Of a DNA stretch of 64,000 nt, positions 34,510 to 45,748 are shown piece by piece. The DNA is from Rebecca billardiae RCC1528 (lineage: Eukaryota; Protista; Haptophyta), in the NCBI GenBank assembly GCA_965240325.2, contig OZ251246.1, forward strand, positions 1,240,001-1,304,000, read 5' to 3'. The notes below the pieces were generated by a model. That model had not been told where the DNA came from, searched no databases, and saw only the letters and a program-made list of their open reading frames with translations. How positions within the stretch are numbered: position 1 is the first letter of the stretch; the number at the start of each line of letters is the position of its first letter. The position numbers were made by a program, and so were the translations under genes.

Positions 34510-35188
34510 TTATATATACATATATGTATCATATACGCGCGCACCGCCCGATTATTACTACGCGACCTGCCAGACTCGCGCGGCGGCGGGGTCGTCGTCC
34601 TGCGCTGCGCCGGCAGTAATCCAGTGACGAGTACGACGTATATAGTGCCGCGCCATCCGAGCCGATCGGATGCGGTCGTGCTGCGCTATAGCTATATCAA
34701 GACGCGCATTTATTGTTGGCGTCCGGGCCGCGCGGCGGTTCCGCCGCGTGATGTGCCGAGTCGTCGTTGCCCACCCTACGGTTGCATGATGTGATGATTA
34801 TCGACGATGCTGACAACGCGCTATAGCGCTATATAATATATAAGATGACGACGACGATGTAATCTGTATGGCACTGGCCGGCGCGGACGGTAGAGGTTGA
34901 GGAGTTGTGCCAAATACAGCATTCACAATTGGCCCGATAGCAGGTGTTCTACTATGTACACTTATTAGACGGGTAATCCTGTCTCTCACGCCACGCTGCT
35001 GCAACTAAGTGCAACCCGAGCAGGTTACTGTGCTGGAAAAACATCACAACCGAATTAAATATGGTGTATTTTTCAGAGCATATTACAATGTTTAAATACC
35101 ACATTGCGTAGTGTTATTTTTTTTTTACAAATACCATGTATTATTCGCGTAGTTGTTTTGATTTTGTACATGGGTACATTAAAACTGC

Positions 35189-35190
<2 letters not shown>

Positions 35191-35246
<56 letters not shown>
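35191..35246. repeat. (ATT)n microsatellite, about 18 copies
   Basis: Read directly from the sequence. Confidence 0.97.
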
Positions 35247-35247
<1 letters not shown>

Positions 35248-35888
35248 ATAAATACCGTCATTTATTATTCGCGTCAGAAAAGTACTCCCTGAGGCGCAAT
35301 AGAACTCACTTACTGTATAGTGTATCCCAGAGACAAGCGTGTACATTTCCGTCTTGGATTCCATTAGATTCGCATCATCATCATTACATAAAAACATTTT
35401 CCTGCCCATCTGATCCGGCCTGCGCGCTTTATCCGGGTCGCCCGATCAAATCTTCCCATCAACTCCCAAGTTACGTGGTCGAGAGGTTTTCAGGTTACAT
35501 ACTACCTTTTTACGCGGCAGGATGGCGGCGCCGCGCACCTCGCCGCCCCGCAAGTGCGCGCGCCAGGGCCGCTACAGCATGGGCAATTCAATCACTGACG
35601 GCTGACAGCGTGGCTTAGGAGTAGCTATAGACATCAGTTCACCTCACGGTGAATGCCTGGGCCGCGCTGGCGGCGACCTCGTCGTCGATAAGTGCCCCTC
35701 AAGTAAGCATCTTCCAGTCACTTGGCCGCGTTGTACTCGATGGCTCCCGCGCAATCATATGCGGAGAGAATCGCTTGTCTCGAGCATGCGCCGGCCTTTG
35801 CGGGTCGGAGCAAACTGCACCGACGTGCTCGGCGCGCGCTGATCGAAGACGAGGTGCTACGACGTACGAGGCTCAGGCAATCGCACGC

Positions 35889-36473
35889 GCACATGCAGCG
35901 CAGAGCTGTTCCAGACCTCGAAGCCGAGAATTTGTTTGCTACGACGCTGAACAGTTCGCCCCTGCACTGCTTGGTGCTACCGCTCCTCGGTGCTACCGCT
36001 CCTCGGTGCTACCGCCCCAGGAGTGATTTAGAAATGAGCGGGGGTGTGTGGGGGGGCGCAGCCCCCCCACAATGAGTCGACGGTTTGACCACTCCGCCAG
36101 CGCACATGCAGCGCAGAGTTGTTCATCCAGACCTCGACGCCGAGATATTGTTTGCTACGGCGCTGAACAGTTCGCCCCTGCACTGCTTGGTGCTACCGCT
36201 CCTCGGTGCTACCGCTCCTCGGTGCTACCGCCCCAGGAGTGATTTAGAAATGAGCGGGGGGGTGTGGGGGGGCGCAGCCCCCCCACTCACTCAATGAGTC
36301 GACGGTTTGCCACTAGGTACCACCGCCAGCGCACATGCAGCGCAGATCGCGAGTCGTTGTTCATCCAGACCTCGAAGCCGAGATATTGTTTGCTACGGCG
36401 CTGAACAGTTCGCCCCTGCACTGCTTGGTGCTACCGCTCCTCGGTGCTATCGCTCCTCGGTGCTACCGCCCCG
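35889..36473. repeat. Tandem repeat family A, 213-229-bp unit, ~2.7 copies
   Basis: Units start GCACATGCAGCGCAGA at 35889, 36102 and 36331. Each holds a 16-bp GGTGCTACCGCTCCTC sub-repeat; the two complete units also carry a GGGGGG-CGCAG-CCCCCC hairpin. Confidence 0.92.
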
Positions 36474-36576
36474 CCCATCACTCATGCGGTGCCATTTAAT
36501 TTATTATTAGAAAGTTCTGAGTGAGCGGGTGCCCGCACTGGCTGACGTGCGGGCCCGGGCGGTGTAAAGTAGTAGC

Positions 36577-37394
36577 GTTACCTCGTGCCCCAAAAACCAT
36601 GTAACCTGAGCCTGGATGGCAAAGCAGAGCAGGCGATGAGCCGAGCAGCAGCACTCGAGCTGGCTGGCGCGGTGGCCCAGGTGTGGTTACCTGATACCTA
36701 GTGCCCGCAAAACCACGTAACCTGAGCCCGGATGCCAAAGCCGAGGCGGTGAGCCGAGCAGCAGCACTCGAGCTGGCTGGCGCGGTGGCCCAGGTGTGGT
36801 TACCTCGTGCCCGCAAAACCATGTAACCTGAGCCCGGATGCCAAAGCCGAGGCGGTGAGCCGAGCAGCAGCACTCGAGCTGGCTGGCGCGGTGGCCCAGG
36901 TGTGGTTACCTCGTGTCCGCAAAACCATGTAACCTGAGCCCGGATGCCAAAGCCGCAAGGCGATGAGCCGAGCAGCAGCAGTCCAGCGGGCTGGCGCGGT
37001 GGCCCAGGTGTGGTTACCTCGTGTCCGCAAAACCACGTAACCTGAGCCCGGATGCCAAAGCCGAGGCGATGAGCCGAGCAGCAGCACTCAAGCTGGCTGG
37101 CGCGGTGGCCCAGGTGTGGTTACCTCGTGTCCGCAAAACCATGTAACCTGAGCCCGGATGCCAAAGCCGAGGCGATGAGCCGAGCAGCAGCAGTCGAGCT
37201 GGCTGGCGCGGTGGCCCAGGTGTGGTTACCTCGTGTCCGCAAAACCATGTAACCTGAGCCCGGATGGTAAAGCCGAGGCGATGAGCCGAGCAGCAGCAGT
37301 CGAGCTGGCTGGCGCGGTGGCCCAGGTGTGGTTACCTCGTGCCCGCAAAACCATGTAACCTGAGCCTGGATGCCAAAGCAGAGGTGCGATGAGC
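36577..37394. repeat. Tandem repeat family B, ~106-bp unit, ~7.6 copies
   Basis: GTTACCT-type unit starts recur at 36577, 36686, 36799, 36905, 37013, 37119, 37225 and 37331; consensus GTTACCTCGTGYCCGCAAAACCATGTAACCTGAGCCCGGATGCCAAAG... Confidence 0.95.
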
Positions 37395-37405
37395 AAATCG
37401 TCAGT

Positions 37406-38437
37406 GCTGAGAACGAGCGGATGCATCATCAGCACAATTCCCGCCGAAAATATCGGAGCACGGCTGCAGGTCCAAAAGTCTCCGGAAAATGACGAGCAGC
37501 ATAGGCACTGCTAGAAAATCCCGAAAATCCCGCCGAGAATAGTTGCTGCCTTTCTGCCGGCTTCAGATTCGCGCTGAGAAAATGAGCGGATGCATTCTTA
37601 GTTTGAATTCCCGCCGAAAATATCGGAGCACTGCTGCCAGTCCAAACGTCTCCGGAAAATGAGCGGGAGCATAGGCACTGCTAGAAAATCCCGAAAATCC
37701 CGCCGAGAATAGTTGCTGCCTTTCTGCCGGCTTCAGATTCGCGCTGAGAAACTGAGCGGATGCATTCTTAGTTTGAATTCCCGCCAAAAATATCGGAGCA
37801 CTGCTGCCAGTCCAAAAGTCTCTGGAAAATGAGCGGGAGCATAGGCTCTGCTAGAAAATCCCGCCGGAAATACTTGCTGCCTTTCTGCCGGCTTTAGAAT
37901 CGCGCTGAGAAACTGAGCGGATGCATTAATAGTTTGAATTCCCGCCGAAAATATCGGAGCACTGCTGCCAGTCCAAAAGTCTGCGGAAAATGAGCGGGAG
38001 CATAGGCTCTGCTAGAAAATCCCGCCGAAAATAGTTGCTGCCTGTCTGTCGGCTTCAGATTCGCGCTGAGAAACTGAGCGGATGCATTCATAGTTTGAAT
38101 TCCCGCCGAAAATATCGGAGCACTGCTCAGTCCAAAAGTCTCCGGAAAATGAGCGGGAGCATAGGCTGTGCTAGAAAATCCCGCTGAAAATAGTTGCTGC
38201 CTGTCTGTCGGCTTCAGATCCGCGCTGAGAAACTGAGCGGATGCACCCTCAGCGCAGATTCCCGCCGAAAATATCGGAGCACTACTGCCAGTCCAGAAGT
38301 CTCCGGAAATGAGCGGGAGCATAGGCACTGCTAGAAAATCCCGCCGAAAATAGCCGCTGTCTTTTTGCAAGCCTCAAATCCGCGCTGAGAAACTGAGCGG
38401 ATGCATTATCAGTTTAAATTCCCGCCGAAAATATCGG
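37406..38437. repeat. Tandem repeat family C, 160-170-bp unit, ~6.3 copies
   Basis: GCTGAGAAACTGAGCGGATGCA...TTCCCGCCGAAAATATCGGAGCAC... recurs at about 37406, 37573, 37743, 37904, 38064, 38224 and 38384. Confidence 0.95.
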
Positions 38438-39346
38438 GCTGCTACCTGGCGAACGATGCTTGCGCGCACGTGAGTTGCTCTACTGTGTAACCATTTTACT
38501 GAGCAACCGCCGCAATCGAAACGCATTTCTCTCGCAAATGATTAATGAACATGCGCGCGTCACGCGCGTGCTCGTCGCTATCGTCAAGCTGAATATTCCA
38601 TATTTTTTATTCTCCATATTCTCAATATTCTCATTCTCTCATTTTCTCATTTTTTCTTTTTTTCATTTTCTCATTAACTGATAAATTATTATATTCGAAA
38701 TTGTTTTCATTATTCTCAATTATTCTCATCATTCTCAACTATTCTCTATATTCTCATTACTGTGAGTATAAAATTTGAGTATAAAATTAACAAGTAAATA
38801 TTCCAAATATGCACATATATATATTCTTAAATACGTTATTTCAAACTAGCAGAGGCTACTACAGCAGCGCTTTGTTTTTTAAAAATATATCAACGGCCCG
38901 CCATACAATAAAAGTATATATATATATACGTATATATAATATATACTTTCCACTTGTCATCCGATAAATATGTGCAATAAGGGGATACCTTTATTAATGA
39001 AAATATTTTATAATTGAAGCTAGGGCGTTCCACGCTCTAAATAGGGGAAAGGGGTACATCACGCTGGATCTGTAGCTGAAATGCGTACCCCTTTAGAGCT
39101 GTTGGCACGACTCCTCAACCTCCTCCGCGGACGAGTGCCGGACGACGGCCCGAGCCAGATGCCGGCCGGCACGGGCATCCGCGCCATCCCGACCGCGACA
39201 GTCGTCGGCTCGTCATCATGCGTCTCTCTGCAGGATCCCGCAGGGTTCTCCGCCTCGGCAAGACCGCCCACTCGTCCAGAGCGCCGAGTCGGACGCCCGG
39301 CGGAGCTCTTCAGGAAGCGCGCGGTTCATGAGGAGCTGCGGGTGCG

Positions 39347-40327
39347 CTACTGGCGCAGCAGGCCCTCGGCGATGCGGCTCACCGCGCCCTCGTCCGCACC
39401 CTCGCGGTGCGCGAAGTAGACCTCGGTGCTCAGCCGCGGCGTGGCGCCGAGCGTGGCGCACGCGCGCTCGAGCGCCTCGCTCCACTCGTCGACCATCCCG
39501 CCGCGGCCCACGAGGTGGAAGTGGCACTCGGCCAGGCTGACGCCCGCGGCGCGCAGCTCGGCGGCGATCAGCGCGGGCGCGCACGCGTCCAGCCGGCCGG
39601 CGGACGCGCGCTCGGCGTCGGCGGCGGTGCCGGCGGCGCTGAGGCACGCGCGCCACTCGAAGCGCGGCGTGCCGTCCGGCGCGGCGCCCGCGCCGTGCGC
39701 GATGTCGTCGAGCTCCTCCGCGCACACCACGTCGCCCGGCTCTCTGTAGCCGGCGAACAGCCGCACGGGCGGGGGCAGCACGCCCGCGGGCGCGCGCCAC
39801 GCGGCGGCGCACTGCTCGACGAAGCCGAGCTGCGGGCCGACGCCCACGCCGGTGGACAGCAGGAACACGCGCTTGCACCCCTCCCACGCCACGCCCTCGA
39901 AGATGGGCGTGCTGAAGCGGCCGCCGAACGCGAGGCTGGAGAAGGGCTCGAGGCCCTCCAGCAGCTGGCTCTTCCGCGTACCGCCGGCCGGCGTGGCGTG
40001 CTCGGGCGCGAACTCGGGCGGCTCGCCGGCGATCACGCGATAGATCACGTCCACCGCCCGCGCGTCGCGGTCGAAGCGCGTGACCGTGTACGGCCCGCGC
40101 CTGGGCGTGCCGTCCGCGTCGGTCGGCTCGAGCGCGAGCACGTGCCCGGGCGCGTACTCGAGCTCGACGCCGTCGGGGGCGGCGACGCGCACGAGGCGCG
40201 AGCGGCCGTTGGGGCAGACGGCCGCCGTGCAGACCACGCGCCCGACGTGCATCGTGTACGACGGCGGCGGCGCCGCCATGCCGCACAGCGCCGCCGCGAG
40301 CCACGCGCACGCCGAGGGCGCGACCAT
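39347..40327 (-). CDS. Ferredoxin-NADP reductase-like (FAD-binding FR-type / NAD(P)-binding) oxidoreductase with signal-like N-terminus
   Basis: LEYAPGHVLAL, RRGPYTV, DVIYRVI, RKSQLL, RVFLLSTGVGVGPQLGF, VRLFAGYR, FHLVGRGGMV, TEVYF follow the FNR-superfamily motif order. Confidence 0.75.
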   Translation of the reverse strand: MVAPSACAWLAAALCGMAAPPPSYTMHVGRVVCTAAVCPNGRSRLVRVAAPDGVELEYAPGHVLALEPTDADGTPRRGPYTVTRFDRDARAVDVIYRVIAGEPPEFAPEHATPAGGTRKSQLLEGLEPFSSLAFGGRFSTPIFEGVAWEGCKRVFLLSTGVGVGPQLGFVEQCAAAWRAPAGVLPPPVRLFAGYREPGDVVCAEELDDIAHGAGAAPDGTPRFEWRACLSAAGTAADAERASAGRLDACAPALIAAELRAAGVSLAECHFHLVGRGGMVDEWSEALERACATLGATPRLSTEVYFAHREGADEGAVSRIAEGLLRQ

Positions 40328-41033
40328 ACTGTGTCGATCGTGATTCGTCTCGCGCGCGCGCCTTGCTGTGCAGCGCCCCGCGCCCGCGGGAATTCGTCGT
40401 CGGATTCCGGACCATTTGTCCATTTCCCGCGCGCGCTTTCAGTTGTGGCTTGTGCCGAGCGAGCACCGCCGTCGGCATTCGGCCGTCCGGTGCCTCTATC
40501 AGCTCACACGCTTCACAGGCGACCCAGCAGCGCGGCAGGCTGGCTCGGACGAGCCGGCGGCAGCTGCCACTGCCACTACTGATCGATCGACTACTGACCG
40601 ATCGCCGCACGTGTCACTGTGCATGGGCTGATCCCAATCCGGCGCGCGGCTCTGAGCGCGGCCCCTGCAGGGCTGCAGTCCGTGACGGCTGAGAAGTCTC
40701 CGGGACGAGTGCCAGAGAATCAAGTTAGGTCGCGCAGGCATGCGCAACTGCGGACGGCCCTCGGGCCGCCGTGGCCTCCGCGCCGCCGGCCGCACTCGGC
40801 ATGCCGTGTGTACACATGCCGCCCGGTGCCGCCGCGTCAGCCCGAGGCGGCGCGGGGCGGCGCGCTGGACCACGCTGGCACAGCACGCGCGGCCACCCCG
40901 CGCTCCGCTCGCCCCGCAGCCGACCGCCCGCGGCGCCGGCGCGGCCCGCCCCTGCGCGGCGCGGACGGCGCGCGGGGGCGGCGCGCGCTCGCGCGCCGCC
41001 GCCGCCGCGCCGCCGGCCGCGTCGGCGCGCGCG

Positions 41034-41624
41034 TCAGTAGCCGTACGCGCCGCCGCCGCCGCCGCGCCGGCCGCCGCCGGCCGCGGCTGCAGCGCCGTAC
41101 GCGAGCGCGGACGCGCCGTACGCGACGCCGCCGTCCACCGGGCTGCCGGGGAAGGCGTGCGCGAGGCCGAGCGCGTACGCGCCGTTGCCGCCGGCCGCGA
41201 CGGGCCCCGGCGCGCTCGGCGCGCGCGCGCCCGCCCCGTACCCGTACCCCGCGGCGACGGCGGCGAGCTGCGCGGGCTGCAGGCCGGCGGGCGCGAGGCC
41301 GGGCTGCTGCGCGCTGAACGGCGCGGGCGGCGCGCCGTACGCGCCGTACGCGCCGAGCGCGTAGCCGCCCTGCGCGGCGCCGGCGCCCTGCGCGGCGAGG
41401 AAGCCCGCCGCCGCGCGCGCCGCGCCCGCCGCGCCGTACGGCCCGCCGTGCGCCGGCGCGGGCGCCGGGATGAACATGGCGCCGAGGCCGCCGAGGCCGC
41501 CCAGCCCGCTCAGCGCGCCGCCGCCCGCGCCGCCGAGCGCGCCGTGCGCGCCGGCGAGGCCGAGGGCGGCGGCGTTGGCCGCGCCGCCGCCGCCCGCGCC
41601 GCCGCGCGCGCCCGCGCCCCCGCC

Positions 41625-41668
<44 letters not shown>

Positions 41669-42206
41669 CCCGGTGCGCGCGGATCGGCCTGCCGGCGGGC
41701 GCGGTCACCTTGGTCGCGCGCCGCTTGCCGCTGTCGCCGTCGGGCGCGGCGGCGTACTCGACGGCCTCGCCGACGGTGAGCGCGCGGAAGCCGACGGCGT
41801 GGATAACCGACTGGTGCACGAAGATGTCATCGCCGCCGTCCGCCGGCGTGATGAAGCCGAACCCCTTGTCCGCGCGCCAGCGCGCGACCACGCCGGTCGA
41901 GCGCGCCTCGCCCGCCGCCCACAGCCCGGGCAGCTTGGAGCCGTCGGGCGCGGTGACCGAGGCGGCGCGCGCGCGGCCGTTCTCCTCGTGCGTGAGCTCG
42001 TACCGCACCGCCTCGCCCGCCGTGAGGCAGCGGAAGCCGTCCATCTTGAGCGCCGACTGGTGCACAAACACGTCGGCCGCGGCGGGCGCGCCCGCGTCCG
42101 CGTCGCTGCCCGGCGCGCCCTCCGCGGCGGCGGGGGCGGCGTCGCGCGGCGTGATGAAGCCAAAGCCCTTCTGCAGGTTCCAGCGCTTCACGATCCCCTC
42201 GGGCAT
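41034..42206 (-). CDS. Cold-shock domain protein with two CSDs and a Gly/Ala/Tyr-rich low-complexity tail
   Basis: GIVKRWNLQKGFGFITP...DVFVHQSAL...GFRCLTAGEAVRYE and GVVARWRADKGFGFITPADGGDDIFVHQSVI...GFRALTVGEAVEY. Confidence 0.93.
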
Positions 42207-42638
42207 GGCGGCTCGGGCGCGGGGTCGGGCTGGGCTGCGCGCGTGCGAGGACGGCCGAGTTCGCAACGCGAGCGCTTTAGCAAAGGCCCGTTCACGTGGC
42301 CCCAGCTGGGTCCGTCCACGCCGGGTCTTTTGCGCAGCCGAGCTCCAATCGGGACCGCCTGGACCGCCACCCTGAAAGCTACTGGGGCGCGGCAGTGAGT
42401 ACCGTATGATACGGTTGAGGGAGTTGCACGCCCCCTATGTTCAATATGTGATGCGGGTATGAAGAGAGCCGTCAAGCTCATCGGCCCAACCGGACTCGAG
42501 CTTCCGGACCAACGCGGAAAACCCGCCGACGATGATGAAAAACAGCGCACAAAGCCGAACAGAAAAGTAAGCAAGCCTGCCGACTGACGATCGTCGGCCT
42601 GTGCTGCAGCAAGGAGGCCGCGACCGACGCGCGCACCC

Positions 42639-43573
42639 ATGCCGGCGGCAAGCGGAGCGTCCAAATCGTCCGCGCGGCGCGAGGCGGACGCGGTGCCGGT
42701 CGATCTCTTCGCCGGCGAGCTGCGCATCACCAAGGCGCAGCTCAACGGTGCGCGCGCGCGCGACCGCCCGGCGACCGCCACGCGGCCCGGCCGAGCGCGC
42801 GCGTGGCGCCCAGCCGACGCGCGCGGCGCCCTCTCCGCGCGCGGCGCGCGCGCGCGCGCGCAGCCGTCTCCGAGCTGCACGCGTCGATCCAGGCGATCTC
42901 GCGCAGCGCGCGCCGGCGCGGCGGCTCCGCGCACGCCGGCCCGTCCGACGAGGAGGCGGGCGCCGCGTTCGAGGCGCACGTGCACGCGGTGCTCACGCGG
43001 CTCGAGGCGAGCGCGGCGGGCGGCGGCGGGCAGGGCTCGCCGCCCAAGCCGAGCGCGTCGCCGCTCGCCGTGCTCGAGGCGCAGCACGAGCTGCTCGGCT
43101 TCCTCGACGGCGAGTACCTCGGCGCGCTGCGCCAGCTGCCGCTGCCGGCCGCGTGCCTGCCCGCGCTCGCCGCGCTGCAGCGCGCGCACGCCGGGCTGTT
43201 CCACGCGTGCACGCAGGTGGCGGTGGAGGTGCACGCGACGCAGGCGAAGCGTATCACGCAGCTCGAGGAGGAGCGGCGCGCCGCCGAGCAGGAGTGCTCG
43301 CAGCTCCTCCTCGCCGCCGAGGCGCTCGAGAGTCAGCTCGCGGACGCGCGCGCCCAGGCCGCGGAGGCGCGCCGCGAGGCGGAGGAGGCCAAGGAGGTGG
43401 CGCAGGCGCACAAGGACGCGGCCGCCGCGGCGGAGGTGGCGCGGGACGAGCACGAGCGCAACGCCGCGCTCGCTCGCGCCGCCGCCGCCGCGCGCGGCGC
43501 CGCGCTCCCGCGCGCGCCGCCGGCGCGCGGCGCGTCGCACGACGCGGCGGCCGGCGGCGGCGGCGGCGCAGAC

Positions 43574-43614
<41 letters not shown>

Positions 43615-45349
43615 CGGCGCCGACGGCGCGCCGTCGGCGGCGACGACGCCCGCGACGCCCGCGCCCGCCGGTGGCGCGCCCGGCGCGCCGCCCGCCGCCG
43701 GCCCGCCGCGCTCGGCCGGCGCCGCCGGCGGCGGGCGCGGCGGCGGGCGCGTCGCGGGCGGGCCGCTCGGCGGGCGGCGCGCGGGCGGCGGCCGGCCCTC
43801 GTCCGCGGGCGGCTCCAAGCGCTCGCCCGCGGTGCGCGCGCTGACGGTGGCGGAGACGCGCGAGCTGATCGCGCAGCTGATGGCGTCGAAGGCGCACGCC
43901 GACGCGCGCGCCGACGCGCAGCGCCTCCCGCGCGAGACCCTCGCCACGCACGTCGCCTCGCACCTGACCACCAAGTACGGGCTGCGGCCGCTGATCGCAG
44001 AGTGGGCGGCCGCGCTCGGCGCCGCCGTGCGCGCGTACGCGGACGAGGACGCGGACGTGGGCGCGTTCGGCGCGATGCTGGAGGGCGAGGTGGACGAGGG
44101 GTACTGGGAGATGCACGTCGGCGCGAAGGAGATCGTCGCCGACCTGCTCCGCGTCTACCTCAAGGGCAAGCACCCGCTGAAGCCCGAGGCCGAGGTGGCG
44201 CGGCTGTGCGCGCTGCGCGTGGCGGACGCGGAGCCGCTCGAGGAGGACGAGTGGCAGGACGTCGTGCGGTACATGCACGCGCACGCGGAGGCGCTCACGC
44301 TCACGCACGCGATCAAGGAGGGCGTGCGCGCCAAGCGCGCCGCCGACGCGCGCGCCGCCGCCGCCGCCGCCGCCGCCGGCCGCGGCGGCGGCGGCGGCGC
44401 GCGCGCGCGCGGGCCGCTGTCGGCGCGAGACGCGGCGCTGGCGGCGGGCGCGGACGACGGCTCGCTCGGCGCGCGCGCGCTCGCGCTCAAGCAGGCGCGC
44501 GCGCCGGCGGACATGCGCGTGCCCTACTCGGTGGTGCTGCAGACCATCCTCGCCTTCCAGCTGCACCAGCACCGCCGCTTCCTCGCGCCCTTCGTCGAGC
44601 TGTTCCGCGCGGCGGACGGCGACGGCGCCGGCGTGCTGGACGAGGCCGGGCTGCGCGCGCTCGCGTGCCGGGTGGACGGCGGCAAGGACGAGGCGGAGCT
44701 GCGCGCGATGCTGGGGCGCGCGGACCCGCACAACCTCGGCGTGTTCACCTTCTCGCAGGCGGTCGCCGCGCTCGCCGGCGAGATCGTCTCCATGTGCGCG
44801 ATGCGGGGGCGCGCGCCCTCGCCGCGCCGCGCGCCGCGCGCCGCTCGCGCGCGCGCACGCGCTCACGCGCCGCGCGCCGCGCCCGCACCCGCGCCGCGCG
44901 CGCCGCGCAGGGTGACGGGCACGGACGGCGGCGGCAGCGGCGCGGGCGGCGTGCGCGCGCCGGGCAGCAGCTGGCCCGCGCTGCCCAGCTCGCCCGTCTC
45001 GCGCGCGCCCGCGGGCGGCGCCGACGCGCGCGGCGCGCGCGCGTGGGCGCGCGTGGGCGGCGCCGCGGCGGGCGCGTACGAGGGCTACCGCGCGGAGTGG
45101 CACGCGCACGGGCTGAGGGCGCTCTCGCTCGACGAGCTGCACGCGGAGGCGGCGCAGCCGGACGGGCTGGTGGGCCGGGCGAACGAGCTGCGCGCGCTCG
45201 CGCCCGCCGCCGCGGCGATCTACCGGCAGCACGCGGGCAGCGCGGCCGCGCACGGGCCGGTGGTCGTGCCAGGCAAGCCGAGCGCCGCGCTGCGCGCGCT
45301 CGCGCGCGTGCACCCCGAGGTGGTCGCGCTCGGCGAGCCGGGCGCGTGA
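42639..45349 (+). CDS. Coiled-coil, TSNAXIP1-like domain and EF-hand protein; probable exons 42639-42747, 42864-44793, 44911-45349
   Basis: RETLATHVASHLTTKYGLRPLIAEWAAAL...DADVGAFGAMLEGEVDE resembles TSNAXIP1-like proteins (recalled similarity); FRAADGDGAGVLDE and ADPHNLGVFTFSQ are EF-hand-like loops; two phase-consistent GTGCGC...CGCAG introns. Confidence 0.7.
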
Positions 45350-45748
45350 CGGCGCGAGCGAGGCGTGCGCCGCGTGGACGGATGGCGACGCCCGGCTCAG
45401 CGCCGCGCGCGGGGCGGCGGGGCGGCGGGGAGCCGCTGGCAGCGGTGCCGCGGCCGGGTGGGCCGTGGGCGGTGCGTGCACTCTCAACTCCGAACTCGTG
45501 TGTGTGGTCCGGGGCCTGTCGTGATCGAGCCGCTTTGATGATCAGTGATCAGTGATCAACAAAAAACGGAGCGAGATTCGCATACTGTATGTGTATGGCA
45601 ACGGCATAGGCCCCGTCACATACGGTAACAGTATGCAGCTTGACTGAAATAGTCAATGACTGACCCGACCGCTCGCCGACCAGCCCGCCCCGGCCGGCGC
45701 GGGGGGGCTGAGTAACGTACGCCGGTAGGGGCGAGCGAGTGCGCAACC

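Noticed and set aside
35073-35618. Poly-Ile, poly-Tyr and poly-Asn ORFs
   Set aside because: Translations of the (ATT)n microsatellite.
36577-38437. CRISPR-like regular repeats
   Set aside because: Units are similar along their whole length with no unique spacers, there are no cas genes, and the context is eukaryotic. The same applies to the 206-bp satellite.
45579-45637. Short imperfect hairpin and TGATCAG repeats upstream of the extensin-like gene
   Set aside because: Stems of only 7-9 bp; similar small palindromes occur in several intergenic regions, so no function can be supported.
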